Notes: generated by a model not told the origin, from the letters alone. A stretch of 64,000 bases of DNA from Terriglobia bacterium (GCA_963664115.2 CAXWPJ010000005.1:290250-354249); one strand, 5' to 3'. Numbered from the stretch's first letter, positions 19,981 through 30,773 are shown. Program-made: numbers and translations.

Positions 19981-20346
19981 CAACATCATTTGTACGACTA
20001 GGTCGTGCACATCACAATCATGAGTCCGACCAGCCTGTGAGTGTCAGCTGAGAATAGAATTCCTGCTATGGGCAAAGAACCAGGGAAGTTCATGCGCGAG
20101 TTCAAATGCGAGTATCACCCATGCGATACCTCGGTTGAACTGTATTCGAAGGATGACCAGAGATTGACTTGCACAAGCGACCCCCACACCGATGCAGAGT
20201 ACATGTCGGTCAATGAACCGGCAGTGCTCGCTGCATTTGTCGTGTTCTGTAGTAAAGAAGGACAAGAGATCTTCCTCCGAGGCTGCACAAACAGCTTGAA
20301 CGAATAAACACTGTCCTCACCCATTTTGACACGCGGAGAACAATCC

Positions 20347-21576
20347 ATGACAAAGCGCCAGATGCCAACACACTATGAGTTGCTTTGGCCAACCCTCAAG
20401 GCATTGGAAGAACGGGGTGGTTCCGCCTCCATTCAGGAGCTTTCCGAGCGGGTGGCCGCGGATCTGGCGCTACCCGACGAGATTTTGGCTGTTCTGTACA
20501 AAGACGGCACACAATCCCAATTTGATCGTCTCGCTTCCAAGGCGCGATCCCGTCTCAAGTTTGTCCGTGCCATCGACGATATATCGAGAGATATTTGGAC
20601 GATCACAGAAGTTGGGCGAAGAATTAATACGGAGCAGGAAATACTTGAGCTAGTCCGCATGAAACGCAAGATTGGCGATTTCTTTCGGAATACGCTTGGC
20701 GCCAACCTGACTAACCCACGATGGTCGTGGGGTGCCTACAATCCCGACACGAACCAGTTATTTTTACGGGTGTGGGCGGACGACATCGATAGAAGCGACG
20801 AGGAGAGCAGCGACCGCGTTCTCGTCTTGGGGGCACATTGGAAGCGTAAATCTCCCGGCTTACCTGAACGTAAACGGCACATGGAGGAGTTGCGAAACGA
20901 TGCGGAAGGCTACGGTGTTGTATGTGAGGCGAAGAATCCACGGCCACTCCTGCCCCGGTCGATCGCGGGCTTCAACCACGGGGTTTTACTGAAGTTTGGT
21001 GAGCTTATTGAAGACGACAATGGTGTCTATGCGCGGATTATTGATCGGGTGCCAGTGGCAGAGATCGCGGCAATCCGCACCGCGTATAAATCCCTTGTGC
21101 CCGACCTGAAGTCGATCCTGGCAGGACGTGCAGATACTACAACAAAGGAGGCCCTGACCCACGCCCGGGTTGGTCAGGGTAGATTTAGAAGTGAGGTGAT
21201 GAAACTCTGGGGTTCCCGGTGCTGCGTGACCGGGTCGAAAATCCGCGATGCGATCCGTGCGTCACACATCAAGCCATGGCGGAGCTCTACTGACCAGGAA
21301 CGACTCGATCCGAATAACGGTCTTCCACTCATTGCTACGCTGGACGCACTCTTCGATGCGGGGCTTATCACTTTTGAATCGGGCGGTACGCTGCTGATTT
21401 CAAAGCGAGTGGATGCTGGCGAAAGGAATCGCCTTGGACTGACAGCACGTAAACTCGAACGGAAACCGAGTGGTCAAACTGCGAAATATCTTGCATATCA
21501 TCGACAGCACGTATTTGTCGGTGCTAAAGGCGTGGATGCGAACGAGACGCGCTACCCTATGCCTCGGGGGCTCTAA
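20347..21576 (+). CDS. Mrr N-terminal wHTH + central domain + HNH endonuclease (type IV restriction-like)
   Basis: MPTHYELLWPTLKAL..GGSASI..W (Mrr_N-like); RVGQGRFR..CCVTG..ASHIKPW..DPNNGL..DALFDAG (HNH_2). Confidence 0.85.
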   Translation: MTKRQMPTHYELLWPTLKALEERGGSASIQELSERVAADLALPDEILAVLYKDGTQSQFDRLASKARSRLKFVRAIDDISRDIWTITEVGRRINTEQEILELVRMKRKIGDFFRNTLGANLTNPRWSWGAYNPDTNQLFLRVWADDIDRSDEESSDRVLVLGAHWKRKSPGLPERKRHMEELRNDAEGYGVVCEAKNPRPLLPRSIAGFNHGVLLKFGELIEDDNGVYARIIDRVPVAEIAAIRTAYKSLVPDLKSILAGRADTTTKEALTHARVGQGRFRSEVMKLWGSRCCVTGSKIRDAIRASHIKPWRSSTDQERLDPNNGLPLIATLDALFDAGLITFESGGTLLISKRVDAGERNRLGLTARKLERKPSGQTAKYLAYHRQHVFVGAKGVDANETRYPMPRGL

Positions 21577-21957
21577 ACTGCGCGATTCACAGACATGGTT
21601 CCAATCTGGCCCCCCAAGTGGTTTCCCCTGAAATGCTCACCGACCGACTCAATATTCAGTTCTGAAACGACAATTAGATTCCCCGTTCTGAACTGAACGG
21701 TGAACTCGCCGCCGAGCCAGCCGGGAGTGTTTGTTTCATTCCATGCTTACCCGATGTTGCGATTGGATTACCTCGAGTACACACCGCTGATCCCACCATG
21801 TTGACTGCCGCACTAGAATCACGAACACCATCAGGGTTACATCTGAAGAGCAGCAGTCGCGCCGCGGAATCCGTGCCGACAAGGATCTGGACTGTTGGTC
21901 CGTTAGGGGGGGAGAGGCCGCTGCCGCCGTGCTTGCGACATCATAAAGGATGCCGGC

Positions 21958-22490
21958 TCAACCGGTCGATGCAACACATGCATTAAATGTTTCTGCCGGA
22001 GTTGCGAACTCCAGCGTCTTGCGTGGCCGCTCGTTGAGTTGCCGAGCAACCGCGTCCAAATGTTCCTGTGAGTGTAGCGACAGATTCGTCCTTTTGGGAA
22101 AGTAGTATCGAAGCAGACCATTGGTGTTCTCATTCGATCCGCGCTGCCATGGACTCCGTGGGTCGCAGAAATAGACGGCAATGTTTGTCGCCAGGGTAAA
22201 CCGCTTGTGATCCGCCATTTCCAGACCGCGATCCCAGGTCAGTGATTTGTAGAGTTGCGTCGGTAGTTGATGCGCCTGTTCGATGAGCGCGTTGACAACA
22301 GTTTCGGTCTTCTTGTTGGGAACCTTCGCCAGCATCACATAACGCGAGTGACGTTCGACCAGAGTGGCGATGTAGGTGTGCCTCGATCCGGCGATCAGAT
22401 CCCCTTCCCAGTGACCGGGGACCGCACGATCTTCGACTGAAGCCGGGCGCTCACGGATCGAGATCATGTCTTCGATCTGTCCCTTTCCAT
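21958..22490 (-). pseudogene. IS30 family transposase, 3' half truncated by IS5
   Basis: PGHWEGDLI, LTWDRGLEM, PWQRGSNENTNGLLR, LNERPRK. Confidence 0.88.
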
Positions 22491-23594
22491 AACCTTGTTG
22501 CATGGATCATCCCGAAGGATGCCTTATCATCGTGTTTTTCAACACAGGGGATAACCTGGATGCCACATAAGTTCAACGCAGCGCGACGGCACAAGTTTGA
22601 TAAGGCGCAGTACCGGGTGATCAACTGGGCAGAATATAACGAGAGCCTGCGCCAGCGGGGTGATCTGACGATTTGGGTCAGTGATGAGGCTCAAAGTGTG
22701 TGGAGCGCGCCGCGCCGCACGTCACGGGGTGGCCAGTGGAGATACTCGGATCTGGCGATCGAGACATGCCTGACGCTGCGCACGGCGTATCGGCTGGGGT
22801 TGCGACAGACTCAGGGACTTATGGGATCCATCGGCACGCTCATGGGGCTGGATATACGGGTGCCGGATTACTCCACACTGTCGCGTCGTGCAAACGGCTT
22901 GAGCATCGCTCAGGCGGTGAGGCAAGCCGGGTCTGTGCCTGTCCATCGGGTGGTGGACAGTACCGGCCTCAAGATCTTCGGAGAAGGAGAATGGCTCGCG
23001 CAGAAGCATAAAACCAGGGGAATACGCCGCCGCTGGCGCAAACTCCACCTCGGACTGGACCTGGCCAGCGGTGCGATTGTTTGCGCCAATCTGACTCACG
23101 ATGACGCTGGAGACAGCACCGCCTTACCCGGGCTCCTGGATCAACTCGATGCCCCTGTCACGGGCTTTCTGGCGGACGGTGCCTATGATGGAGCGTCCAC
23201 ACGGGATCTGCTGAGGGAACGGTATGGGGAGACCCTGGATGTGGTTATACCGCCGCCAAAGAACGCAGTGACCCGACCGCAATCGGCGCGGGATCCAACC
23301 GTTAGGGATCGCCATATTGCCCAGATCCGCAGCAACGGCCGCATGGCCTGGCAGGCGGCCACAGGGTACAACCAGCGCAGCCGGATAGAAACGCAGATCG
23401 GCCGTTGGAAGGGTGTCATCGGCCCCAAGCTCAAATCCCGCAGCTTCTCCAGGCAGATCACGGAAATCAAGGTCGGCCAGAAAGTTCTGAACACAATGAC
23501 CGCACTCGGACGGCCTGTGTTCGAACGCATCGCCTGACGCTACCGCTTGGGAAAGGGCGGATTCCATCTCCGCCCCGATCCATGCAACAACGCT
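22491..23594 (+). mobile_element. IS5 family (IS903-like group) element, copy 1 (1104 bp)
   Basis: IR core TTGTTGCATGGATC at both ends; no TSD. Confidence 0.9.
22560..23537 (+). CDS. IS5 family transposase
   Basis: NWAEYNESLRQRG, PDYSTLSRR, VDSTGLK, ADGAYD, YNQRSRIET. Confidence 0.92.
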   Translation: MPHKFNAARRHKFDKAQYRVINWAEYNESLRQRGDLTIWVSDEAQSVWSAPRRTSRGGQWRYSDLAIETCLTLRTAYRLGLRQTQGLMGSIGTLMGLDIRVPDYSTLSRRANGLSIAQAVRQAGSVPVHRVVDSTGLKIFGEGEWLAQKHKTRGIRRRWRKLHLGLDLASGAIVCANLTHDDAGDSTALPGLLDQLDAPVTGFLADGAYDGASTRDLLRERYGETLDVVIPPPKNAVTRPQSARDPTVRDRHIAQIRSNGRMAWQAATGYNQRSRIETQIGRWKGVIGPKLKSRSFSRQITEIKVGQKVLNTMTALGRPVFERIA

Positions 23595-23599
23595 CTCCA

Positions 23600-24349
23600 T
23601 CACGGGATGCTCCTGCACGCCACGACATTGTGGGCGGTCAGAGTGAAGCTGGCCTCGATCCTGTAACCGGCCCTTGTCAGATGGGCGCTCAGTTCATCCA
23701 AGGTCATCAGTTCCCGGTAGCCCCAGTTCAGTTCGTCCGAAAAAGCGCGATAGAAGAGGCGTACGGCCAGGCAGTCGCGGGGACAGCTACTGATTTGAAG
23801 GCCTCCGGGCTTCAGGAATCCCCTGAAAAGGTCGAGTACGGTGGGTTTCGCCGCGTCTTCGTAGTGCTCGATCAGGCCCCAATCGATTCCAACATCGAAA
23901 CCCGCCGGTCTTTCCACGGCGAAGAAATCCTGCCGAAGGTATTCAATCCTGGACAGGTCGCGGCGCAGGACGATCCAGGGATCCTTCCATCCGCGGGGCG
24001 CCCGCACGCGAACCATGGCGGGGGCTTTCATAAAACGTTCGTAGGCCACGAGATCCCTGTCGATCAGAAGGACCTTGCCGCCACTGCCGAACAAGGCCTG
24101 GATCATAGCCGCTTCCCAGCCGGCTTCCGCGCCAAAGAACACGATGTCGGGGTTCGGACGAATGTCCATTCGAGAAAAAGCGCGTATCTTGCCCCTGAAG
24201 TCCAGAATCGAGTTACGCTTCTGCTGGGCGCAGGCAAGGGCAAGTCGCAGAAGCCGGCGCGACAGGCCGAAGGATGTCCCCTCGTTGACGCGCCGCCAGT
24301 CCGATGCCAGAAGTCGATCGAGGCGTTCGTTGAATGCCGTCCAGTCCAT
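23600..24349 (-). CDS. Class I SAM-dependent methyltransferase-like protein
   Basis: FFGAEAGWE (motif I variant), LLID, QDFF, FDVGIDWGLIEHY, LKPGG; GGAG RBS. Confidence 0.75.
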   Translation of the reverse strand: MDWTAFNERLDRLLASDWRRVNEGTSFGLSRRLLRLALACAQQKRNSILDFRGKIRAFSRMDIRPNPDIVFFGAEAGWEAAMIQALFGSGGKVLLIDRDLVAYERFMKAPAMVRVRAPRGWKDPWIVLRRDLSRIEYLRQDFFAVERPAGFDVGIDWGLIEHYEDAAKPTVLDLFRGFLKPGGLQISSCPRDCLAVRLFYRAFSDELNWGYRELMTLDELSAHLTRAGYRIEASFTLTAHNVVACRSIP

Positions 24350-24475
24350 TGCTCCGTTCCTGGCGGGATCGGCAACATTCCGGGGATTGAACTCCCGCGC
24401 GAGTGGCAGCGTTCGCCGCATGATTCCAACAAGGTAACACTGATGATCTTTTCCGCCGCGTCGAAGCTTTTCCAC

Positions 24476-25114
24476 ATGAATTCTATCCAGGTCGTCAGTT
24501 GGGACGTCGACGGGACCCTGTACTCGACCCGCCGCGCCGCGTGGCATGTGGGGATGCGCGCAGCGAATGCGGCGATTCGAAGGCGCGGGCTGGACCCAAT
24601 TCGAGAACTCGCCGAACTGCGGGAACTCTGGCGGCGCGTTGAACGGGCCCGGGCCGATGCGAGAAATCCGGTCCGAGTCCATGCCGATTCCGGCAGGCGC
24701 CGCGAACTCGAGAGCAGATGGTGGGCGCCTGCGATTGCATCTCTGGGTCCAAGGCCGGGGGTGAAGGCACTGCTCCGCCACTTTCAAGGACGGGTTCGTG
24801 CCCAGGTTATCCTCACCGACTACGAGTCGGATTACAAACTGCAAGGCCTGGGCCTCGAGGAATACTTCGACGCCGTGTACGTCGGTGAGCGTATGGGATT
24901 CCTTAAACCGAGTCCGGCGCCGTTCGCAAGGGTACTTGAAGATTTCGGTCTGGCGCCCGAGTGCATGCTCCATATCGGCGACAGGGTGGACACGGACGGC
25001 GCCGGGGCGGCTGCCGCGGGCTGTCCGTCAATCATACTTCGAAAGGACTTTCGTTCCTTCGGGGAACTCTATACGCTGCTGGCAAGGAACTCCGGCCGTT
25101 CGGTAGCCCCGTGA
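24476..25114 (+). CDS. HAD-superfamily hydrolase
   Basis: WDVDGTLY, ILTD, LKPSP, HIGDRVDTDG. Confidence 0.88.
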   Translation: MNSIQVVSWDVDGTLYSTRRAAWHVGMRAANAAIRRRGLDPIRELAELRELWRRVERARADARNPVRVHADSGRRRELESRWWAPAIASLGPRPGVKALLRHFQGRVRAQVILTDYESDYKLQGLGLEEYFDAVYVGERMGFLKPSPAPFARVLEDFGLAPECMLHIGDRVDTDGAGAAAAGCPSIILRKDFRSFGELYTLLARNSGRSVAP

Positions 25115-25129
25115 ATTCCGTCGCCGGGA

Positions 25130-25882
25130 TTGACGAACGCATTGGGTCAGCCTGAATTCGAGGCATTCATGAAAGTCATCGTCACTCCCGAAGGGGAACC
25201 CATCGCGTTGAAGGATGACGGCACCTGGAAATCCGCCAGGGGCTCTGGATCCGTGCTCGACCTCTGGAAGGGTCTCGATCCGAACGGGGAAATCGTGCAG
25301 ATGTTCGCCGGACTCTTCGATCGCGTGATCGTCCATGTCATCGATACCGGCGAACGGATCGTGTGCGCCCACCACGGGGACCGTATCGAATTCGCCGGTG
25401 CCGCCGGGGACGATTCCGCCAGCCTCGCCATCGATATCCACGCGTACCAGGCGGAACGGTTGGCCGATCGGGTTGCCCGGGGGACCATCGATCCCCTGGA
25501 ACGCTTCCGGATTGCACGGACCCTGATAGCGGCGCGCCAGACGGGTTCGAACAGTCTGCTGCGCAATCCGTTGATGTCGAACAGCAAGCTGCGAAAGATC
25601 GTTTCAGGGAAGAACCTCATTCACGTCCTCCTCGCATCCCCCGATCCCGAAGAGGAAGGAGACGCCCGCTTCAGTTGGTTCTACGTGGACGGGGAGTGGG
25701 TCGTCGTGCCGGGGTTCCACGGGACGCCGCAGCGCGCGTTCCGCCTGTCCGTCGACGATGCGCTGGAACTCCAGAAACAACTCTTCAAGGCCATGAGCGC
25801 GGGCGGTCTGATGGATTGGGTCAAGATGGCACAGTGGTACGTCGCCTGGCGAAAGAAGGTCGAGGTCGCCGTCCAGCCGTGA
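25130..25882 (+). CDS. Hypothetical protein, possibly tandem SCP2-like lipid-binding domains
   Basis: 250 aa, operonic between HAD and desaturase; fold is a guess from the beta-beta-turn-helix pattern occurring twice. Confidence 0.65.
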   Translation: MTNALGQPEFEAFMKVIVTPEGEPIALKDDGTWKSARGSGSVLDLWKGLDPNGEIVQMFAGLFDRVIVHVIDTGERIVCAHHGDRIEFAGAAGDDSASLAIDIHAYQAERLADRVARGTIDPLERFRIARTLIAARQTGSNSLLRNPLMSNSKLRKIVSGKNLIHVLLASPDPEEEGDARFSWFYVDGEWVVVPGFHGTPQRAFRLSVDDALELQKQLFKAMSAGGLMDWVKMAQWYVAWRKKVEVAVQP

Positions 25883-27000
25883 CACCGGAATCGTCCGGGA
25901 ACCGCAAGGGCCTGACACCGTGCCTGGTCGACGCCCGGTTACGCGAGGCGCCGCTCTCCCTGGTTGAACTCCGGCGAACTCTCCCCCTTCGGCTGCGGAC
26001 GCCGAACGTGACTGCGTCCTGGCGTGCCTTGAGTCGTGTCCTCGCAATGGCTGGAATCTGCCTCGGGCTTCTCAGCCTCCTGGACGTGGAGGGCGGCGTG
26101 CCCTTGCTCTGGCAGGCGCCCGCCCTGGCCGGGGTATGGATTTTCTACGGCTGGGTCCTGGTGGGACTGTTTGCGCTGGGCCACGATTGCGGCCACGGGT
26201 CCTTCTCGAACCGGAAGTGGGTCAATACCCTGATTGGACATCTCTGCATGTCCCCCCTGGGGAACAGTCTGGTCGCGTGGCAAATCACCCACGACCATCA
26301 CCATCGCCACACGCAGCTTCAAGGCCAGGAAGTCGACTGGTCCGCCAACCTGAGAACACGTGCGGAGGTTCGGTCATCGTCCGGCCGGCACACGGCTCTG
26401 GTGCGGTTGGGGTACCGGCTGCCCTTCGGTATGCTCATCTGGATCGTGTGGAACACGCTACGCCGCGCCGTCAATCTGCGGTCCATGCTGACCTCCGAGG
26501 AGTGGCGGACATGGAAGAAGCCGTTGCGGCGATCCAATCTGTGGATGTGCGGATCGGTTGTCCTGATCTACGGCGGACTGTGGCTATCGGCCGGGTTCTG
26601 GGGCATGCTCAAGTATCATGGCGTGCCGGCGGCGGTCGCGATGCTGACCGGATCGTTTATCATCACGATCCAGCATGCGAATTCCCGGAGTCTGATCTAC
26701 ACTGCCGACGGTTGGGAGCCGGCGCGCAGCCAGATGGCTTCCACCTTCGACGTTCGATTTCCGAAGTGGGTGGAGTACCTCTGGTGCAATATCAACATTC
26801 ACATCCCGCATCACGTGGCCCCGGAGATTCCCTGGTACCATCTGCCCGAATCCGCGCGCATTCTGTCCGCCGCCCTGCCCGGCAGTTACCTGGAGAGCCG
26901 TTTCAGCGTGGAACACCTCGAGTTCTTTTGGCAAACCCCGTTTCTGCAACCTGTCAAGGACAAGGGATATTTCATCCTGGACCCGGCCGGGTGGGTCTGA
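25879..27000 (+). CDS. Membrane fatty acid desaturase (delta12/omega-type)
   Basis: His boxes HDCGH, HDHHH, HIPHH plus IPWYHL; GTGA overlap with upstream stop. Confidence 0.9.
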   Translation: MTPESSGNRKGLTPCLVDARLREAPLSLVELRRTLPLRLRTPNVTASWRALSRVLAMAGICLGLLSLLDVEGGVPLLWQAPALAGVWIFYGWVLVGLFALGHDCGHGSFSNRKWVNTLIGHLCMSPLGNSLVAWQITHDHHHRHTQLQGQEVDWSANLRTRAEVRSSSGRHTALVRLGYRLPFGMLIWIVWNTLRRAVNLRSMLTSEEWRTWKKPLRRSNLWMCGSVVLIYGGLWLSAGFWGMLKYHGVPAAVAMLTGSFIITIQHANSRSLIYTADGWEPARSQMASTFDVRFPKWVEYLWCNINIHIPHHVAPEIPWYHLPESARILSAALPGSYLESRFSVEHLEFFWQTPFLQPVKDKGYFILDPAGWV

Positions 27001-27041
27001 CGGGGGCGCGCCGTCCCCCTTGTCGTCCTTCCGCTGTCCTT

Positions 27042-28625
27042 TCAAGGTTGATCGAGCGACTCCCACAGGCAGGGATACAGCGGTAGAAACTTGAACTGCG
27101 CGTCAAGGTCGTGCGGCGCCGGACCGGCGGCCATTCGCCGGCGGAATTCGCTCGCGTTCATCTGTTGAAACCGGACCGGCCCTAGACGCCGGCTTTCCCT
27201 CTTGTTCCGGTACTCCGTGTTCAACTCGGCGAGCAACCGGTCGCACCGTTCCGTAATTCCCGGCAGTACGCACCCCGGCAACCCGTCGCCGCGAATGAGC
27301 GTCAGTTTGTAGTGGGGTATCGGATCCGTATCGGGCTGGGACGGAAAGCACGTCAGAAAGTCCGCGCCGTCCATCGCGGGGTAGTCGCCGCGGATCTTCC
27401 CGTATGCTTCGGCCAACTGTTCGCCCGTCAGTTTCTCGCCGGTGAAGGAGTACCCGAGCCCCCAGCGCCGCAGAAAGCGAAGATCCGGCAATTCTCCCAC
27501 CCATTCCTTGACCAGAAAGACATCTCCGGTCCGATAACGGCGCGCGCCGTACGGGTGGCTGACCACCATCCGGTACGCCTTTCCTTTTCGCAGACGGCTG
27601 GCGGGTTGCAGGTTCTCCGGACTCTGCGAGGCGTCGTCATCGAGGAATTCATAGAACACGCCAGGCGCCACCGGAAGGAAGGCGATTCCATCCCGGTCGA
27701 AATGGGTAATCGTTTCGACGGTTTCCGTCGACATCGAATACATGGGGACCAGACGATAGCGCGGCGCTGGAAGATAGGTCCGCACACGTTCCAGAAACGG
27801 TGCGACATAGCCGCCGGTCCAGGAGACATACGTGTCGACTCCCGGCGCCCACTCTTCAATTGGCAGGAATTCGGGGCTGGCCGCGATCCGTTCCAGGCGT
27901 TCCCGGCTGCCTCGCGAAACCAGCCGCCGGACGATCCTGTGGATCGGGGCCGGAAACGTGTGCGATTTGCGCACGTAGTCCCGGACCAGTGCCGAGCTTT
28001 CCTGCCAGTTCCGGTTCAGTTCGTCAAGGAACGTCGAGAGCGTCGACGGATTGGTGCTGTAGAGGACCCCCGGGTTGGACAAACTCACAATCCACAAGCG
28101 AATCGCGCTCGTTGCGTAGCGGTCCCTCAAACCTTGAAGCGCGGGATGCCGCTCGACGCGATACGGCGCCTGCAAGACCTCGAGCCGGGAAGGGCTCCGC
28201 GTTTCTTCCAGAAGCAGCGCGGTCAGGGATTCGTCGTTGTCCAGCGAACCGAAAACATAAAGGCTCGTCCGGGCGACATCCAGACTCCAGAAACACCGAA
28301 GGAATACGTCGATGAAGGTGAACCGGACTTCACGAAGCCGTGCGTTCGTGTAAGGAATCTCCTTGGGTTGGCCTGTCGATCCGGAAGTCTTCGCCAACCG
28401 GGGGCTCCGAGGTCCATGCCGGGCATCGGCCCGGTCTCCGGCCGGCAAGCCGATACTGTCGGCGAGCGGCGTTGCGCGCCGGATGCAGTATCGTCGTTGA
28501 AGCCGTGCCTGGAACGACCCGAAATTACGGATTCGCCAGCGGTGGCGAAGTTGAAACAGAGCCCCCGCGATACGTAGCGAGATGCCGATGGCGGCCCGAA
28601 GCGCATCGTTGATCCAGGCACGCAT
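27042..28625 (-). CDS. GH3-family acyl-adenylate ligase
   Basis: TSGSTGQPKEIPYT, YSMSTE, FYEFL, RYRTGD, GEKLT; TGATG coupling to upstream gene. Confidence 0.85.
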   Translation of the reverse strand: MRAWINDALRAAIGISLRIAGALFQLRHRWRIRNFGSFQARLQRRYCIRRATPLADSIGLPAGDRADARHGPRSPRLAKTSGSTGQPKEIPYTNARLREVRFTFIDVFLRCFWSLDVARTSLYVFGSLDNDESLTALLLEETRSPSRLEVLQAPYRVERHPALQGLRDRYATSAIRLWIVSLSNPGVLYSTNPSTLSTFLDELNRNWQESSALVRDYVRKSHTFPAPIHRIVRRLVSRGSRERLERIAASPEFLPIEEWAPGVDTYVSWTGGYVAPFLERVRTYLPAPRYRLVPMYSMSTETVETITHFDRDGIAFLPVAPGVFYEFLDDDASQSPENLQPASRLRKGKAYRMVVSHPYGARRYRTGDVFLVKEWVGELPDLRFLRRWGLGYSFTGEKLTGEQLAEAYGKIRGDYPAMDGADFLTCFPSQPDTDPIPHYKLTLIRGDGLPGCVLPGITERCDRLLAELNTEYRNKRESRRLGPVRFQQMNASEFRRRMAAGPAPHDLDAQFKFLPLYPCLWESLDQP

Positions 28626-29851
28626 CACAGATCCCGTGCGGCGACAGACAGCGCGTGCTCCAACCGTTGGCCAATGCCTGCCACGTCCTCCTCCTCCAGC
28701 AGAGCCGGATCGTAGGTCAGCGTCATCCAGGTCTGTCCCGAATGCGTCACCGCGGCCATCATCAGGGCGTGGCGCATGTGCAGCGCTCCGATTACCTCCA
28801 TGCCCAGGACGCCCGCGAATTCTTCATCCATCTGTCCGTGCCACTGTTGGACGTGGGTCAGCGCCGCGCTCCCCATGTCGGCCCAGGGGCGGTTCAGGTA
28901 TCCCCTCAACAGGGGGACCGAAGCCGGGAAGGGCCAGCGGGTCAGGATGTGTCTTTTTGGAACGGCCCACTCTCCGTGCCGGCGGGACCAGTCGATCTGG
29001 CTTCGGATCTGGCGGCATTTCGATTGAAGGGTGTCGTCGCCGGCGAAACGGCGATACACGCGAATCCGGCTCGTCCCGTTCCCGAATCCTCTGAACGCGT
29101 CTTCGCGGATGTTCATCGGTAACCACACGCCCGTTTTCCGCCCGGTTGTGCCGTGCTGGCTGTTCCACCAGTGCAACGTATCCAGCGCGCAGACGAGCAG
29201 GACGTCGTTATATGTAAAGCCTTCTCTGCTCCGTGAAAGTCCCAGGAACTCCGAAGCCCGGATTCTCAACGTCGTCCAATTGCGTTCGGGCGAGAGCGGC
29301 GCCTTGCGCGTCCGGATCGGGTGGCATCGTCCCCTGTACGCCGAAGGGGTCTTCGATGCGCGCACGGCGGGTTGGCGCAACCTGAGGGGCTCGAAAGGCG
29401 CCATATGCTCCACGAACCGGTCCCGGCCCGAAGCGACTCGCAACTGGTGACGGACCCACATCAGCGTGCTGAGCAGATCCCCCGCGGCGTGATGCATGCG
29501 AGTGACAAGACGGGCGGGACTGTTCTTGCCCTGGATCAACAACTGGCGAACCGGCGTCTCCCGGTCCAGGCGAAATGGAACTCGAAGGAATTCCCGGATG
29601 GCGCCGTCCGTGTTGCCGCCTTCGGCGACGGTCAAGCCGTGTTGGGGGGCTTCCAGCCGCCGCCATTTCCTTCCCGCGACCGAGGAACCGGTCGAGGGAT
29701 ACAAGTTGCGGGCGCTGAGCGCGCCTTTCCGCAACCGTGCGCCGTCGGGCGCATGTTGGAAATGAAGAAGCAGGGCATAGTCCAACGGGCGCAGCCGGCT
29801 GTCCATCGCGCGGCATACCAGATCGAGCGTGCCGAGATCTCCGCTGGACAT
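28625..29851 (-). CDS. Stand-alone condensation/CoA-dependent acyltransferase (HHxxxD)
   Basis: RMHHAAGD, FTYNDVLL, PMNIR..FGNG, LTYDPALL; TGATG coupling at 29851. Confidence 0.8.
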   Translation of the reverse strand: MSSGDLGTLDLVCRAMDSRLRPLDYALLLHFQHAPDGARLRKGALSARNLYPSTGSSVAGRKWRRLEAPQHGLTVAEGGNTDGAIREFLRVPFRLDRETPVRQLLIQGKNSPARLVTRMHHAAGDLLSTLMWVRHQLRVASGRDRFVEHMAPFEPLRLRQPAVRASKTPSAYRGRCHPIRTRKAPLSPERNWTTLRIRASEFLGLSRSREGFTYNDVLLVCALDTLHWWNSQHGTTGRKTGVWLPMNIREDAFRGFGNGTSRIRVYRRFAGDDTLQSKCRQIRSQIDWSRRHGEWAVPKRHILTRWPFPASVPLLRGYLNRPWADMGSAALTHVQQWHGQMDEEFAGVLGMEVIGALHMRHALMMAAVTHSGQTWMTLTYDPALLEEEDVAGIGQRLEHALSVAARDL

Positions 29852-30771
29852 CAACAGGCGACGCCGGTATTCGTCCGGGTCTCGATGTGACGCCGGGGGA
29901 ACAATCGAAAACCGCGAACCGGATCCTTCCGAACGAACTGTCTCAACTCGATCCAGGCAAGGTGTGGACGCATGTGATGAACGCGATGAAGGGACAGTCC
30001 CAGCGAGAACCAGAACATGAAATGCCCGTAATAGTCGTGCGAACGCGTTCGTGCGGGGCCGGTCGAGAAGCCCGCGTGGGTCATGTAGGCGAATGGATAC
30101 CAGAGCAGGAGAGATACCAGAATCAATGTCGGGAACATTCCCCAGAAGAGCCGTGCCGGGCCGACGATGTTGAGAAAGACAGCGTAAACAAGGGCAATGC
30201 CGGCGTAGTTCAGAAGCAGGTTCACGACGTGGTATCGATCGATCGCATCCCGCCTCAGTAACCAGAAGAACCAGTGGTGCGGCATTCCGATCGCCCGCAG
30301 AGGCAGTTCCCAGTCGCGCCTGGGTTTGACGAAGTGATCGGGATCCTTGTCCTCCAGATTGGTAAAGCGATGATGCAGCAGGTGCGTTCTGCGAAAGTTC
30401 GTGTAGGGGACCATGCTGGGGAGCAGGGCAAGCCGCGCCCACCAGAGATTGGCCGCCCTTGTTCGGCCCAACAGCCCGTGAGTCCCTTCGTGAGCCATCA
30501 CCGTGCCTGCGAACACTAGGTATGTGCGGCAAAGCACGTCCAATGTGTAGGCCCACGCACCTTGGGGCGTGTAGAGAAGACTGCCCAGCGAGCCTGCGAC
30601 GACCGCGCACGTCACGGCCCGGCTCAGCAGATGAACCCGCTTGCGGGGCCAGCGTTCGACCAGCCTCGGAAGCTCTTCGCTGGAGCGACTGCGGTCCTGA
30701 ACCCGGCCGCTCGCCGCCGGTGCGACGGCCATGCGATGTGCGACGGAGGCTTGAACCGTGAATCGCGGCAT
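29851..30771 (-). CDS. Second membrane desaturase/hydroxylase superfamily protein
   Basis: His boxes HEGTH, HLLHH, HRVHH. Confidence 0.88.
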   Translation of the reverse strand: MPRFTVQASVAHRMAVAPAASGRVQDRSRSSEELPRLVERWPRKRVHLLSRAVTCAVVAGSLGSLLYTPQGAWAYTLDVLCRTYLVFAGTVMAHEGTHGLLGRTRAANLWWARLALLPSMVPYTNFRRTHLLHHRFTNLEDKDPDHFVKPRRDWELPLRAIGMPHHWFFWLLRRDAIDRYHVVNLLLNYAGIALVYAVFLNIVGPARLFWGMFPTLILVSLLLWYPFAYMTHAGFSTGPARTRSHDYYGHFMFWFSLGLSLHRVHHMRPHLAWIELRQFVRKDPVRGFRLFPRRHIETRTNTGVAC

Positions 30772-30773
30772 AT

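Noticed and set aside
23405-25114. 569-aa ORF as a HAD fusion (likewise 23600-24973, 25363-27000, 28625-30610)
   Set aside because: Upstream extensions overlap real neighbouring genes; true starts are supported by RBS or stop-start coupling
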